Below, piece by piece: positions 48,673 to 58,866 of a stretch of 64,000 bases of DNA. This DNA is from Verrucomicrobiia bacterium (GTDB taxonomy: Bacteria > Verrucomicrobiota > Verrucomicrobiia > Limisphaerales > JADLHS01): the NCBI GenBank assembly GCA_011525685.1, contig WYBW01000009.1, forward strand, positions 8,369 through 72,368, given 5' to 3'. Every line of letters begins with the position of its first letter. Position 1 is the first letter of the stretch. A program made the translations under genes and the position numbers. The notes beneath the pieces are model-generated. The model made no database searches and was not told the DNA's origin. It saw nothing but the letters and a program-made list of their open reading frames with translations.

Positions 48673-49518
48673 TCAGGAGCGGCTGAGGCCCTTGGCGCGA
48701 GCCAGCCACCAATAGCGCAAGCAAAGCAGGGCGTGGTAAACCGGCGCGCTGGCCGCCACCAGCGGATAAACCCGTCCCTCCACCCGCCATTGGTCGCGCA
48801 TCCCGCGCAGCGTCCAGACGCACAACCGGTTCAATGCGGTCCGAAAGGGACGCCGGCGAATTTGTTCCCAAACCAGCGGCCACCGCGGATCCTCCCACCG
48901 CCAGCAGTTCAAATCCGTGGGCCGCCCCAAGAGCGACCGGGAAATGCAGTTGCGCCAATGGTAGGCTTGCTTTCGGCAAAGCACATTGTAAAGGCCGTGA
49001 GATTTCCTGACAGGTTGATGGTGCAGCACCAGATCAAGGAATTCGAAGCGGCCGTCCGGCACGGGCACTTGCTCCACCATGCCAAAGAATCGAACCCGCT
49101 GGCGGTGGATCAGGAAGTGCCTCCCCTGCGGCCACTTCTTTGCCACCGCGCGCCGTCCGTTCCACCAGGGCCAGTTGCAGGTGTAGCCGGAAATTTCGCC
49201 GGGCGGTTCCGCCCCCGCACGAAATTTGATCAACCATTGCTTCAGTTCCTCGCTGGGAAATTCATCCGCATCCAGCCGCAGAATCCAGTCATGCGCCGCC
49301 TGTCCCCAGGCAAACGGCCAGTGCGGCTCCTGCTGGTATTCGCGCGCCCGCTCGAAGAACCGTCCCCCGGCCGGTTCCACAACCTCGCGCACGTTGCGGG
49401 TGTCGGGACCGTCATGCACCACCACCAGGTCGTCGAAAAGACCCTGCGTCCGGTCCAGCAGCCGACGCAAAAGGTCCTTCTCGGTGCAAACACAGACAAC
49501 AAGCGATATGGAGATCAT
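48673..49518 (-). CDS. Glycosyltransferase family 2
   Basis: VVVHDG.D, DWIL.LDADE. Confidence 0.8.
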   Translation of the reverse strand: MISISLVVCVCTEKDLLRRLLDRTQGLFDDLVVVHDGPDTRNVREVVEPAGGRFFERAREYQQEPHWPFAWGQAAHDWILRLDADEFPSEELKQWLIKFRAGAEPPGEISGYTCNWPWWNGRRAVAKKWPQGRHFLIHRQRVRFFGMVEQVPVPDGRFEFLDLVLHHQPVRKSHGLYNVLCRKQAYHWRNCISRSLLGRPTDLNCWRWEDPRWPLVWEQIRRRPFRTALNRLCVWTLRGMRDQWRVEGRVYPLVAASAPVYHALLCLRYWWLARAKGLSRS

Positions 49519-49572
49519 ACCCGGTGCGGCGCATAACATCGGCGGGCCATTCCCCGGCTGTCGAGCATTTCT

Positions 49573-50829
49573 TCAAAGGGGAGGCCGACGTCGTGCGTGC
49601 CGCCACTGATGAAACCGCACCCGATAGTAGCGCACCCGCAGTGCCAACTGCTCCTGCCACGTATGGCCGAATTGGTGGCGATCCAGGTAAGCCGCGGCGG
49701 CCTGGGCGCGTTGGAGGTCCTCATCGGCCAAAGGATTGGGTTTGCCTTGCACTGTTGCCGCCAGCGCTTGTTCCAGTCGGTCGAGGGAGGTTTCGGGGCT
49801 GGCCAGAGATTGAATGTGGCGCCGGGCCGCGTTGCCCATGGTCTGCCGCAGCGCCGGATCACTGGCCAATCGTAAGATCGCGTGAGTCATCTGCTGCTGC
49901 GTGCCCACCACGAAGCCGGCTTCTCCATGTCGCGCCAGTTCCACTTGCGCCTGTCCGTCCCACGGTGTCGTGTTTACGATCACTGGCTTGCCCAGGTTCA
50001 TGGGCTCGGCAATGCCGTAGCCGAAGCTCTCGCCCACCCGGGAATAGTGCAGGACCGCATCCATCGCCGCGCTTGTCAGGCGCAGTTCTTCGGCGTCGGC
50101 CGTGACCGGCAGCACCAGGAAAGCCTCCGCTTGTGGTCCGTTCCGCACCGCAGCCGTAACTTCGGGTGGTGGCGTGCGCAGGAGAAACCGCAAGTTGCGC
50201 TTCGCCTCCCAAGCCCGGCGAAAAGCCCGGATGGGTGTTTGATCCCAGCGAATGGCATCCGGTCGCCCCAAATGACCAAAGACAACCTCGTCGTCACGAA
50301 TTCCGAGCGAGGCGCGAAATCGTTTTACCGCTTCCACTGCCGGACCTGGATCGGGATCAATGGGATTGACCGCCACGCTGCAGCGCTGGAAGAAATCCAA
50401 GTTCAGTGGCCGGAAGCTGCGACGGGCGGCTTGCACCGCGCCCGTCCAGGACACGAACAAACGAAAATCCGTCCAGGCGGCCTCACGCTCGTTCCGCAAG
50501 TGCGCGAAGATGTTGGTCTGCACCACGGGGATTTTGGGCAGCAAAGCCAGTCCATCGCCCAACACATCGCCGATGTGTGGGTGGCCGGGAGAATGGGCGT
50601 GGATCACGTCGGGCCGCAGCCGGGCCACTTCGTCGGCCACCGGCTGGGCGGCCGTCGCCACCACGCGCGCTTCCATCCCTTGAGCGGCCACTTCGGCACG
50701 GCGCGGGCCGTCAATCAAAGACAGCACGCTGACCTCGTGGCCGCGCTCCTTGAGTCCCTTGGCCCAGCGGCAGGCGGCCTTCTCGGTGCCGCCCGTGCCG
50801 AGCGAGTTGACGAACACCAATACCCTCAT
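49573..50829 (-). CDS. Glycosyltransferase family 4
   Basis: GGTE, PDVIHAH, ESFGYGIAE.M..GKPVI. Confidence 0.87.
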   Translation of the reverse strand: MRVLVFVNSLGTGGTEKAACRWAKGLKERGHEVSVLSLIDGPRRAEVAAQGMEARVVATAAQPVADEVARLRPDVIHAHSPGHPHIGDVLGDGLALLPKIPVVQTNIFAHLRNEREAAWTDFRLFVSWTGAVQAARRSFRPLNLDFFQRCSVAVNPIDPDPGPAVEAVKRFRASLGIRDDEVVFGHLGRPDAIRWDQTPIRAFRRAWEAKRNLRFLLRTPPPEVTAAVRNGPQAEAFLVLPVTADAEELRLTSAAMDAVLHYSRVGESFGYGIAEPMNLGKPVIVNTTPWDGQAQVELARHGEAGFVVGTQQQMTHAILRLASDPALRQTMGNAARRHIQSLASPETSLDRLEQALAATVQGKPNPLADEDLQRAQAAAAYLDRHQFGHTWQEQLALRVRYYRVRFHQWRHARRRPPL

Positions 50830-50895
50830 GGCAAGCGACGAGTCGTGTGAGCTTTAAGGCGAGATCGAGACATTCGGAGGCTTCGCCGGGCGGAC

Positions 50896-51624
50896 CTACC
50901 CATTCCAGTCAATCAAGCCGGTGCCGGTCCAATGTCCAAAGGAGGTCAGGTCCAGCTTGGGCCGGGCGATTTCCCGCCAGATGTCCAGCATGTTCCATTG
51001 GCGGATGTCGTCGAAAGCCACGAGCGCCTGACGCGGCAACTGGATCGTGGCCAAATGTTGCAACAAGGTTCTCTCAAAACGTCCATCCTTCGGAGCATCC
51101 ACGAACAACAGATCTGTCCCCGTCAGTGTGCTCGCGAAACTGCTGAAGAAGGTTGGGACGCTCAGATCACCGATGACCTGTCGCAGCCGGCCATCCTCGA
51201 AATCGGAGGGTCGCAATGCGCTGTCTTTGATCTCCGGCCATGGGATGATGTCCAGCGTGATCAGTTCTCCATGCGGCGGTAGAGCGTGTTTCAGGGCCAG
51301 GGCGCCCAGGCCTTGGAAGGTCCCGACCTCGACCACGCGCCGCGGTTGCAGCGTCTGCACCAGCGCCGCGAGCAGCTTGTAGTGCTCGCCGGGCCACACG
51401 TCCGGGTAGTAAGGCGGCGAGACCATCCGCTTCGAGATCCAGGACAGATCCAGGCGGCGCGCCGCGGCGACGGCGCCGAGCGCAACGTCAAACAACCGCT
51501 CACTTGGCCGGCCCGGGTCGTCGTCCGCCGAAGCCAGCGCGGAATACTCAATGTGGCGGCACCGAAAGGGCAACGGCAGACTCCAGTGCAACGCCTTGCG
51601 TTTGAGTCGGTCAGTCAGGTTCAT
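50896..51624 (-). CDS. SAM-dependent (O-)methyltransferase
   Basis: VVEVGTFQG, DLLFVDAPK, FDDI. Confidence 0.8.
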   Translation of the reverse strand: MNLTDRLKRKALHWSLPLPFRCRHIEYSALASADDDPGRPSERLFDVALGAVAAARRLDLSWISKRMVSPPYYPDVWPGEHYKLLAALVQTLQPRRVVEVGTFQGLGALALKHALPPHGELITLDIIPWPEIKDSALRPSDFEDGRLRQVIGDLSVPTFFSSFASTLTGTDLLFVDAPKDGRFERTLLQHLATIQLPRQALVAFDDIRQWNMLDIWREIARPKLDLTSFGHWTGTGLIDWNG

Positions 51625-52448
51625 AAATCAGGGTTGGGCGCATCGGCGGTGAAGTATTCCACCGAACAATAGGGTCGTTCGGCCAGAATTCGATGGTGGG
51701 TCAAACCGGCTGCCTGCACCAGTCGGCGGCAGTTGGTTATGTCCACCAGATGATGATGCAACTCCATGACCAGCCCGCGCGTCTTGCGGAGGAGGTCGGG
51801 ATAATTCCTCAGCACCGCCTCCTCGGAGCCCTCGATGTCGCACTTCACCAAATCAATGGTTTCCCACCGTCGAGTCAGTTCCATCAAATCCACGTAGCCC
51901 ACCTTGGGTGCCGTGCCGGAAGCCGCCGCCACGACCCGAGTCATCCCATGTGAGGCACTCTGCTGGATCGCGGCGTTGCCGGAGCGTTCTCCAGCCAGGC
52001 CATGCACCAATTGAAGCTGGCCGGCGAAGGAGCCAACGCGCGAGCGCAACTCCTGAAAATTCCTGGGGCTGCCCTCCACACAACAGATCTCCAGCGGCGC
52101 GGTCACATTCAACAGGTGACGAAGATGCAGCGCCCGCAGTGCGAAGAAGCCGACGTTCGCGCCCAGGTCCAGGATTCGCACCGGACCGCCACCAGTCGCC
52201 TGACTCAGTGTGTCCCGCAACGGCGGATCATATTCGTTCTCGACAAAGATGTCGTTGTAGATGCCCCAATCGGCCGGGGATTTCACGCGCAGCACGATGC
52301 CGGAGGCCAGTTTCCACTCCAGCTTCATCCGGGTGAGCAGCAGCGCATGAAGATGGTTCTGCGCCTGCCAACAGGCGCTTTTCCATCTGCGTTCCAATCC
52401 AGCTCGCAAATTCATAATGACAACCACTGCATCATCCTGCGCGTCCAT
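51621..52448 (-). CDS. FkbM family methyltransferase
   Basis: ILDLGANVGFF, IDLVKCDIEGSE, MELH. Start may be 52415. Confidence 0.88.
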   Translation of the reverse strand: MDAQDDAVVVIMNLRAGLERRWKSACWQAQNHLHALLLTRMKLEWKLASGIVLRVKSPADWGIYNDIFVENEYDPPLRDTLSQATGGGPVRILDLGANVGFFALRALHLRHLLNVTAPLEICCVEGSPRNFQELRSRVGSFAGQLQLVHGLAGERSGNAAIQQSASHGMTRVVAAASGTAPKVGYVDLMELTRRWETIDLVKCDIEGSEEAVLRNYPDLLRKTRGLVMELHHHLVDITNCRRLVQAAGLTHHRILAERPYCSVEYFTADAPNPDL

Positions 52449-52548
52449 TCAACGGGGGGCCAAACCGGCTCGACCCGCGATGACTTTCCGCTCGGTGCGG
52501 AAAGCCACCTGGGGCCAGCACCCCTGTTCATACAGCGCAACATCCCGT

Positions 52549-54060
52549 TCATGATTCAGGCGCGTGACCCTTCGCGCCAGCCCTGTTTGCCTGGCCTGTC
52601 CCCCGGAAGTTTCCCAGCAACCCCTGCCACCGGTGGCGCAGTAAAACGGCAACGAGCACCGCCGCGTGCAGCCCTGCCGGCAAAATCAACCAGGCCGAGT
52701 CGCGCTTGAACGCCAAGTACGAGAGCGCGAAGGCACCGCCGACCAGACCGTGCATTCCAATCGCGGCCCACACCCAGCCACTGAGCCAGCCGCGGGCGCC
52801 GACCAGGCGGCCGGCAAACAAGTCCTGCGCAACGCAGGCCACCCGGCTCGCCAAAAATCCCCATGCCACGCCCACCACGCCCGCCGCGTGCCAGCCGATC
52901 CAGGCCCCCGCCGCCGCCAGCAAAGCGCCGGTGACCGTGAACCCCAGCGCCGTGCCCACGCGATTGAGCGCGCTCAGTTGCGAGGAAGAAACCCCTGCGA
53001 TGGAGTTCAGGCAATACGCGAGAATGATCGGCGTGAACAGCGGTGCCGCTCGTGCCCCGTCTTCCGCGCCCAGCCAGAGCCGCAGCAACACCGGATGCCA
53101 GACGGCCACCCACGCGGCGGCGACCAAATACCATCGCGTGAGGAAGCTGAACATCTCGTCGAAAATGGCCGTGGTGGCCGCCTCCCGGCCACCGCCGACG
53201 GCGCGGTTCGTGTTGTGAAACACCGGTCCCATCACCGCCGCGCCCAATCCCTGCAGCCGCATTCCCACATTGCTGCAAATCGAGTATAACGTGAAGCCGG
53301 CCGCCGGCGCCAGCCGGCCGAGAATCAACCGGTCCAGCGACCCGAGCATCGAGTTGACCACGAGCGACACAAAAGTTTTTCCCGTGTAAGCCGCCATCTC
53401 GCGCCCGCGCGCGAGGCTGGCATGGCGCAGATCGAACCCGATTTGATGATGCCGGCGGGCGTGCCAGACGAGCAGTCCTAATTGCAGCAACCCGACCAAC
53501 GCCGCCCAGATGGTGATCCACAGCGGATTGCCGGTGCGCCAGGCGATCCAAATGGCCGGGATCACCTGGAGCAAACTGCAAGCGGTCCGCAGCAGGCTGG
53601 TAAATTGGAAATCCAGATGCGCCTGCAGCAAGACGATCCAGAACTGCCCGTAGTAATTGAGGAACAGACTGACCCCCCCGACCACGAACAGCGCGCGCAA
53701 CAGCGCGTGATGCTCCGGCGCGGCATTGAACCACTGCGGACCAATGAACACGCCGGAAATGGCAAGTGCGGCGCCCACCACCATCAGCAGGGGAAGCGCG
53801 ATCAAGTTGCCGGTGCCCCAGTATTCACGCACCGCAGCACGGTCGCCCCGGCCCAAAGCCATGCCGACGTAACGCGTCACCGCGATCCCCAGGCCCAGAT
53901 CGGCAAAACCAAACAAGCCCGAGAAGACCATCAGGTAAAACCACAAGGCATACATCTCCTCGCCGAGAAATCGCAGGAACAGCGGCACCGAGAAGAGATT
54001 CACCGCCGAAACCACCACCAACGGCGTCATGCCCCAGAGGAACTGCCGCTTCAGGTTCAT
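52549..54060 (-). CDS. Wzx-like oligosaccharide flippase
   Basis: 12-14 TM segments, P...R.LG.E.Y, D.GL, DR.ILG. Confidence 0.85.
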   Translation of the reverse strand: MNLKRQFLWGMTPLVVVSAVNLFSVPLFLRFLGEEMYALWFYLMVFSGLFGFADLGLGIAVTRYVGMALGRGDRAAVREYWGTGNLIALPLLMVVGAALAISGVFIGPQWFNAAPEHHALLRALFVVGGVSLFLNYYGQFWIVLLQAHLDFQFTSLLRTACSLLQVIPAIWIAWRTGNPLWITIWAALVGLLQLGLLVWHARRHHQIGFDLRHASLARGREMAAYTGKTFVSLVVNSMLGSLDRLILGRLAPAAGFTLYSICSNVGMRLQGLGAAVMGPVFHNTNRAVGGGREAATTAIFDEMFSFLTRWYLVAAAWVAVWHPVLLRLWLGAEDGARAAPLFTPIILAYCLNSIAGVSSSQLSALNRVGTALGFTVTGALLAAAGAWIGWHAAGVVGVAWGFLASRVACVAQDLFAGRLVGARGWLSGWVWAAIGMHGLVGGAFALSYLAFKRDSAWLILPAGLHAAVLVAVLLRHRWQGLLGNFRGTGQANRAGAKGHAPES

Positions 54061-54342
54061 GGGGGATTGACGGTCTGCCTCGACCCCTGAGTTGAAGGCT
54101 GTGGTTTCGCGACGTCCGAGCAAGCGCCGGCCGAGCCGGGTTGCCGTTGTTCCACTGGATTAGGCACGCGCGACTCAGATTGCTGGACCAAACCAGACGT
54201 GGCCGGCAAATGGCAAGAGGAGAGAAGCAGCATCAAACCCGGTTCGCTCATTGGCAAAGCATGTTTTCCACGAGGGCGATTATCCAACAGGAAGCGCTTC
54301 GGCACGTCAACGTTGGTGATGCGGTCGAACCAGGGGTGATAC

Positions 54343-55491
54343 TCAACGTTTTGAGTCCCGCAGGTTTCCGGTGTTTCGTTGATTGCCCCGGAACTTGGGC
54401 CAGGGTGTCGTGGCCAGAGGCGAATTCCCGCGGATGGCCACCAGCCCAAACGTCATGCCGGGCAGGTAAATCGTCCCGGTATTCCCGATGTTCGGTGCGC
54501 CGCCACCGCTCGGGAAGATGTAATGGATCCAACGATGATTCCGTTCGTGGTCGTAGTTGACCACTTGGCCATGGCGAAAGGGGAAAATCACCGAACCATC
54601 CGCCGCCACCGCCGCCGCTCCGTCCATTTCCGCCTTCCCGCGAAACCACTTCTGCTGGCCTTCGGCCGTAATTGCCCATAGCCCGTCGCTGGATGACAGG
54701 AAAATCATTCCGTTAAACCCAATCACCGGCGAGCCTTCGCGAGTGCTCAAGGTCTGCAACTTCCAAATCAGACTTCCATCCCCGTTAATCGCATAAAGAA
54801 AACCGTCCACGGAACTGAAGTAGATTCGGCCTTCCCAATCCAACGCCGGCGAGGAAACGATCGGGCCACCGGTCAAAAACTCCCATCGCTTCTGGCCATC
54901 GGGCGACAAGGCGTAGAACTTGCGGTCGTGCGAGCCAAAATAGACCGTCCCTTCCTCGCCGATGGCGGGCGAGGAAACCACCGGACCGCCCGTTCGAAAT
55001 TCCCAAGCCTTTCCTCCGTCCGCTTTCAAAGCATAGAGGTGACGATCCCACGAGCCGAAATAGACCATTCCGTCGTGGGCAAGCGCCGGAGAGGAATCCA
55101 CCCAGGCACCCGTCTTGAAATCCCATTTCTTCCGGCCATCGGCGGCGAGCGCGTAAAATTTCCGGTCGCGCGAGCCGAAATGGATCGTCCCATCCGCGGC
55201 AATCGCCGGCGAGGACTTGATCTCGCGTCCGGCGCGGAAGACCCACTTTTTCGAGCCGTTCGGATTCACTGCCCAAAGCCGGCCATTGAAGGTGCCAAAA
55301 TAAATCGTTCCGTCCGGGCCGATGGCGGGGGAGGAGTCGCTCTGGCTTTGCGCGTTGAACACCCATTCGTTGGTCGCCTCCTGGGCGGGCAAGCCCCACA
55401 ACAATCCTCCCAACAGTGCCACCGCGCACAGCACGAGCCGCCACAGTCTTGGTGCTGGGGCGGTGCTGCAGCCTCGCGGCGGTGCAATCAT
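54343..55491 (-). CDS. PQQ-like beta-propeller repeat protein (secreted)
   Basis: Repeated SSPAI..DGT.YFGS.D...YA...DG..KW.F units after a signal peptide. Start uncertain. Confidence 0.88.
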   Translation of the reverse strand: MIAPPRGCSTAPAPRLWRLVLCAVALLGGLLWGLPAQEATNEWVFNAQSQSDSSPAIGPDGTIYFGTFNGRLWAVNPNGSKKWVFRAGREIKSSPAIAADGTIHFGSRDRKFYALAADGRKKWDFKTGAWVDSSPALAHDGMVYFGSWDRHLYALKADGGKAWEFRTGGPVVSSPAIGEEGTVYFGSHDRKFYALSPDGQKRWEFLTGGPIVSSPALDWEGRIYFSSVDGFLYAINGDGSLIWKLQTLSTREGSPVIGFNGMIFLSSSDGLWAITAEGQQKWFRGKAEMDGAAAVAADGSVIFPFRHGQVVNYDHERNHRWIHYIFPSGGGAPNIGNTGTIYLPGMTFGLVAIRGNSPLATTPWPKFRGNQRNTGNLRDSKR

Positions 55492-55729
55492 TCTGGAATG
55501 CAACTTGGCGGGATTCTATTCACGGGCGAACCGCGGCGCAACGACCCAAATTTTTGTTGGCGCGCGTTGGGGAGGCTCAAATTGAGTTCACTTCCCGGCT
55601 TGCACGGAACATCATCCTCAAGCCGACCGCGGGATTCCGGCGCAAAGTGGACCGTCGGGTCTGAACGAGCCACCGGCTGGAAAGGTTTGGCAGGAACGAT
55701 TTGGATGGGTCAACCGCGCGCAAGAGCAA

Positions 55730-56248
55730 GTGATCAAACATGCTGACAACCGGAGTTGGTGGAACCAGGCGCTCCTGGTGCCATTGGTTCTTGTCGCGCT
55801 GCTTCTCCTGCCGCTCATGGCGATTGGGTATGGGCTGTGGCACTTTGGATTGCTTGCCTCGATTTGGACCTTCTGGCGTGCGAAAGGGCGCAAGGTGCTG
55901 TTCGTTTATTCCGACAGCCCGAACTGGCAGGAATATGTCGAACAGAACATTCTTCCCCGGCTGGAGGACAGCGCAGTGATTCTCAACTGGTCACACCGGG
56001 CGAAGTGGAGTCATTCCCTGGCAGTGCTTGCCTTCCAGCACTGGGGTGGGACGGAAGACTTCAATCCCTTGGGGGTGATTTTCAGACCGTTCAAACGAAC
56101 CAAGGTGTTTCGCTTCCACCAATCCTTTCTCGATTTCAAACATGGCAGACCCGCCGACCTCAAAAAGCTGGAGGCGGAGTTTTTCACCTTGGTCGGGAGC
56201 GCCGGGGGAACGTACAGGTTGAACGAACCAGGGCAAACGACGACATGA
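55730..56248 (+). CDS. Hypothetical membrane-anchored protein
   Basis: N-terminal hydrophobic segment; stop overlaps the ABC ATPase start (ATGA). Confidence 0.65.
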   Translation: MIKHADNRSWWNQALLVPLVLVALLLLPLMAIGYGLWHFGLLASIWTFWRAKGRKVLFVYSDSPNWQEYVEQNILPRLEDSAVILNWSHRAKWSHSLAVLAFQHWGGTEDFNPLGVIFRPFKRTKVFRFHQSFLDFKHGRPADLKKLEAEFFTLVGSAGGTYRLNEPGQTTT

Positions 56249-57183
56249 TCCACTGTGAAAAGCTTACCAAACGCTTCGGCCATTTCACGGCGGTGGATCA
56301 CGTTTCTTTTTCCGTGGGCAAGGGTTCGATCTTCGGCTTCCTCGGTCCGAACGGCTCGGGCAAATCCACCGTCATTCGCATGTTGTGCGGCTTGCTGGAA
56401 CCCAGCGAAGGCCGGGCGACCGTCGCGGGATTCGACGTGGCCCGGGAAACCGACCAGATCAAGAGTCTCATCGGCTACATGTCGCAAAAGTTCTCGCTGT
56501 ACGACGAGTTGACGGTGCATGAAAACCTGACGTTTTACAGCCGCCTCTACGGGCTGCGCGGCGCGGCGCTGGCGCAACGGCGCGAGGAACTCATTGCCAT
56601 GACGCATCTGAAACCGTACCTGAACCGGCGGGCGGCGTTGCTGTCCGGCGGCTGGCGACAACGGCTGGCCATGGCGTGTTCACTCGTACACCAGCCGCAG
56701 GTGCTGTTTCTGGACGAACCGACGGCGGGGATTGATCCGGTGGCGCGGCGTGAGTTGTGGGATTTGCTGTTCGAGTTTTCCAGTCACGGCATCACCCTCT
56801 TCGTCACGACGCACTACATGGACGAGGCGGAACGGTGCTCGCACGTCGGCTACATTTACCTGTCCAAGTTGGTGGTGTGCGGCGAACCGGATGATCTCAA
56901 GCAATTGCCGGTGGTGAATCCGCCCGGCACGCGGCGGATAGACGTAACCTGCGATCACGTCACCGTGGGCTTGCAGGCGGTGCGGCGGCTGCCCGGTGTG
57001 CGCACGGCGACAGTGTTCGGCCAATCCATGCACTTGCTGATCGAAGAAGGCATGTCGGAAGATGTGCTCCGCGAGGCATTGGCGAGGCACAACATTCCGC
57101 ACGCCGACATCCGACCCATCGCGCCGTCGCTGGAGGATGTGTTTGTGGCGCTGACCAACAACCCGAACGGCGAGACGCAATGA
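56245..57183 (+). CDS. ABC-2 type transporter ATP-binding protein
   Basis: GPNGSGKS, LSGG, LFLDEPT, TTHYMDEA. Confidence 0.93.
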   Translation: MIHCEKLTKRFGHFTAVDHVSFSVGKGSIFGFLGPNGSGKSTVIRMLCGLLEPSEGRATVAGFDVARETDQIKSLIGYMSQKFSLYDELTVHENLTFYSRLYGLRGAALAQRREELIAMTHLKPYLNRRAALLSGGWRQRLAMACSLVHQPQVLFLDEPTAGIDPVARRELWDLLFEFSSHGITLFVTTHYMDEAERCSHVGYIYLSKLVVCGEPDDLKQLPVVNPPGTRRIDVTCDHVTVGLQAVRRLPGVRTATVFGQSMHLLIEEGMSEDVLREALARHNIPHADIRPIAPSLEDVFVALTNNPNGETQ

Positions 57184-57219
57184 AGCACGAAAACACGAGG
57201 CCTGGTTCGGCCACCGGGT

Positions 57220-57297
57220 TTCTTGATCTTAATCCTGTTCTTGCTCCTAATCCCTTCGGTCCGGAGAACAAGATCAAGATGAAGATCAAAAGCGAGA
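57220..57297. repeat. Low-complexity inverted repeat (TCTTGATCTTAATC / GATCAAGATGAAGA type)
   Basis: Hexamer-periodic pyrimidine-rich arm facing a complementary purine-rich arm between the ABC genes. Confidence 0.55.
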
Positions 57298-57307
57298 GGG
57301 GGAGCGA

Positions 57308-58429
57308 ATGAAACCTCCGTTCCGCGGCTTCACCGCCGTCCTGCTCAAGGAATTCACGGTCGTCTTTCGCGACCCGACGACGCTGTTCTTCATGTTCTTC
57401 CCGCCGCTGATCCAGATCGTCGCGTTCGGATTCGCGCTGGACAATGACGTGAAGCACATGGCCACGGTGGTGTTGAACGAAGACCGCACGACGGAAAGCC
57501 GGCAGTTGGTGGAGAAGTTCGTGAACACGCAGACTTTCCGGGTCGTGGGCGAGGTGCAAAGCGTGGACGAACTCTCGGCGGCGATCCGCGAGGGCAAGGC
57601 TTACGTGGGCCTGCAAATCCCGCCGGATTTCACGCGCAACCTGAACGCCGGCCGCGGCGCGCACGTGCAGGTGCTGATTGACGGGTCGAGTTCCACGATC
57701 GCCTTGCAGGCGCTGCAAACCGCCATGGGCCTCGCCTTGCGTGAGTCGCTCCTCACCACGATGAGGGAGGCCCGCCGAACCGAAATGCCCGTCGAGGTGC
57801 GACCCCAAATGCTTTACAACCCGACGATGGAGAGCGCGCACTTCTTCGTGCCCGGCGTGATGGGCATTGCGCTGCAAATTGCCACCGTGTTCGCCACGGC
57901 GCTGTCGGTCGTGCGCGAGCGCGAGCGCGGCACGCTGGAGAATCTGCTCGTCGCGCCGCTGTCCCGCTCCGGTTTCATGCTGGGCAAGCTGACGCCGTAT
58001 CTGTGCATCTCGACGACGATGGCCGCCGGCATTTTCGTCGTGGCGCGGTGGATTTTCGGAATTCCCATCCGCGGCGACCTTGGCGCGCTGTTTCTCGCGG
58101 TGTTTCTTTATGTCTTCACCCTGTTGAGCCTCGGGCTGCTGATTTCGACGCGCGCCCAGAACCACATGCAGGCGCTGCAAATGACCATGGCGCTGCTGCT
58201 GCCGGCGGTCTTTTTCTCCGGATTCATCTTTCCCATCGAGACGATGCCCGCGTTCTTCCAATGGATCAGCACGCTGATTCCGGCGACGTATTTCATCGAG
58301 CTGATGCGGGCCATCATGCTGCGCGGGGCGAGCTTTCAGGATTTCTGGATGCACTTTGTCATCCTGGGAGGAATGGGCCTGGTGCTGTTTGCCCTGTGCG
58401 CGTTGCGATTCAAACAGCGCATCGCATGA
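57308..58429 (+). CDS. ABC-2 type transporter permease (YbhS/YbhR-like)
   Basis: KE....RD, YNP, VPG, RERERGTLE.L..P, FSG.IFP...MP. Confidence 0.92.
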   Translation: MKPPFRGFTAVLLKEFTVVFRDPTTLFFMFFPPLIQIVAFGFALDNDVKHMATVVLNEDRTTESRQLVEKFVNTQTFRVVGEVQSVDELSAAIREGKAYVGLQIPPDFTRNLNAGRGAHVQVLIDGSSSTIALQALQTAMGLALRESLLTTMREARRTEMPVEVRPQMLYNPTMESAHFFVPGVMGIALQIATVFATALSVVRERERGTLENLLVAPLSRSGFMLGKLTPYLCISTTMAAGIFVVARWIFGIPIRGDLGALFLAVFLYVFTLLSLGLLISTRAQNHMQALQMTMALLLPAVFFSGFIFPIETMPAFFQWISTLIPATYFIELMRAIMLRGASFQDFWMHFVILGGMGLVLFALCALRFKQRIA

Positions 58430-58866
58430 AACCGCCACGGACCATGGCCGATCCGATTCCGAGACTGCGAACCCTGCTCTGGCGGGGATTGCGACGGCGA
58501 TGCCCGCAATGCGACCGCGGACCGATTTTCAAGGGTTGGATCAAGATGCACGACCGCTGCTCAAGCTGCGGACTGCAATACTTGCCGGATCAGGGCGATC
58601 TGTGGGCATACCTCGTGGCGGTTGACCGGGCGCTGTTCATTTTTCCGCTGATCGTGATGATTTACTTCCGCCTTTATGTGCAGGACATCCGGTGGTTTTA
58701 CCTGGTCGCGGGGGTGCTGCTGGTTCTGTTCGTCGGCACGTTGCCACAACGCAACGGGATGGCGCTCGGGGCGGATTACCTCATTCGGCGCAAGTGGGGC
58801 GACCTCTCGGAGGCGGAACTCCGACGCGAATCCGGTGATCCGCCGCCACAAACGCCGCCGCTTTAG
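58426..58866 (+). CDS. DUF983-like membrane protein
   Basis: RGL..RCPQC..G.IF...C..CG Zn-ribbon followed by two TM segments. Confidence 0.75.
   Translation: MKPPRTMADPIPRLRTLLWRGLRRRCPQCDRGPIFKGWIKMHDRCSSCGLQYLPDQGDLWAYLVAVDRALFIFPLIVMIYFRLYVQDIRWFYLVAGVLLVLFVGTLPQRNGMALGADYLIRRKWGDLSEAELRRESGDPPPQTPPL

Noticed and set aside
54343-55491. Nucleotide-level tandem repeats in the PQQ-like gene
   Set aside because: Fully explained by propeller blade repeats of about 40 aa.
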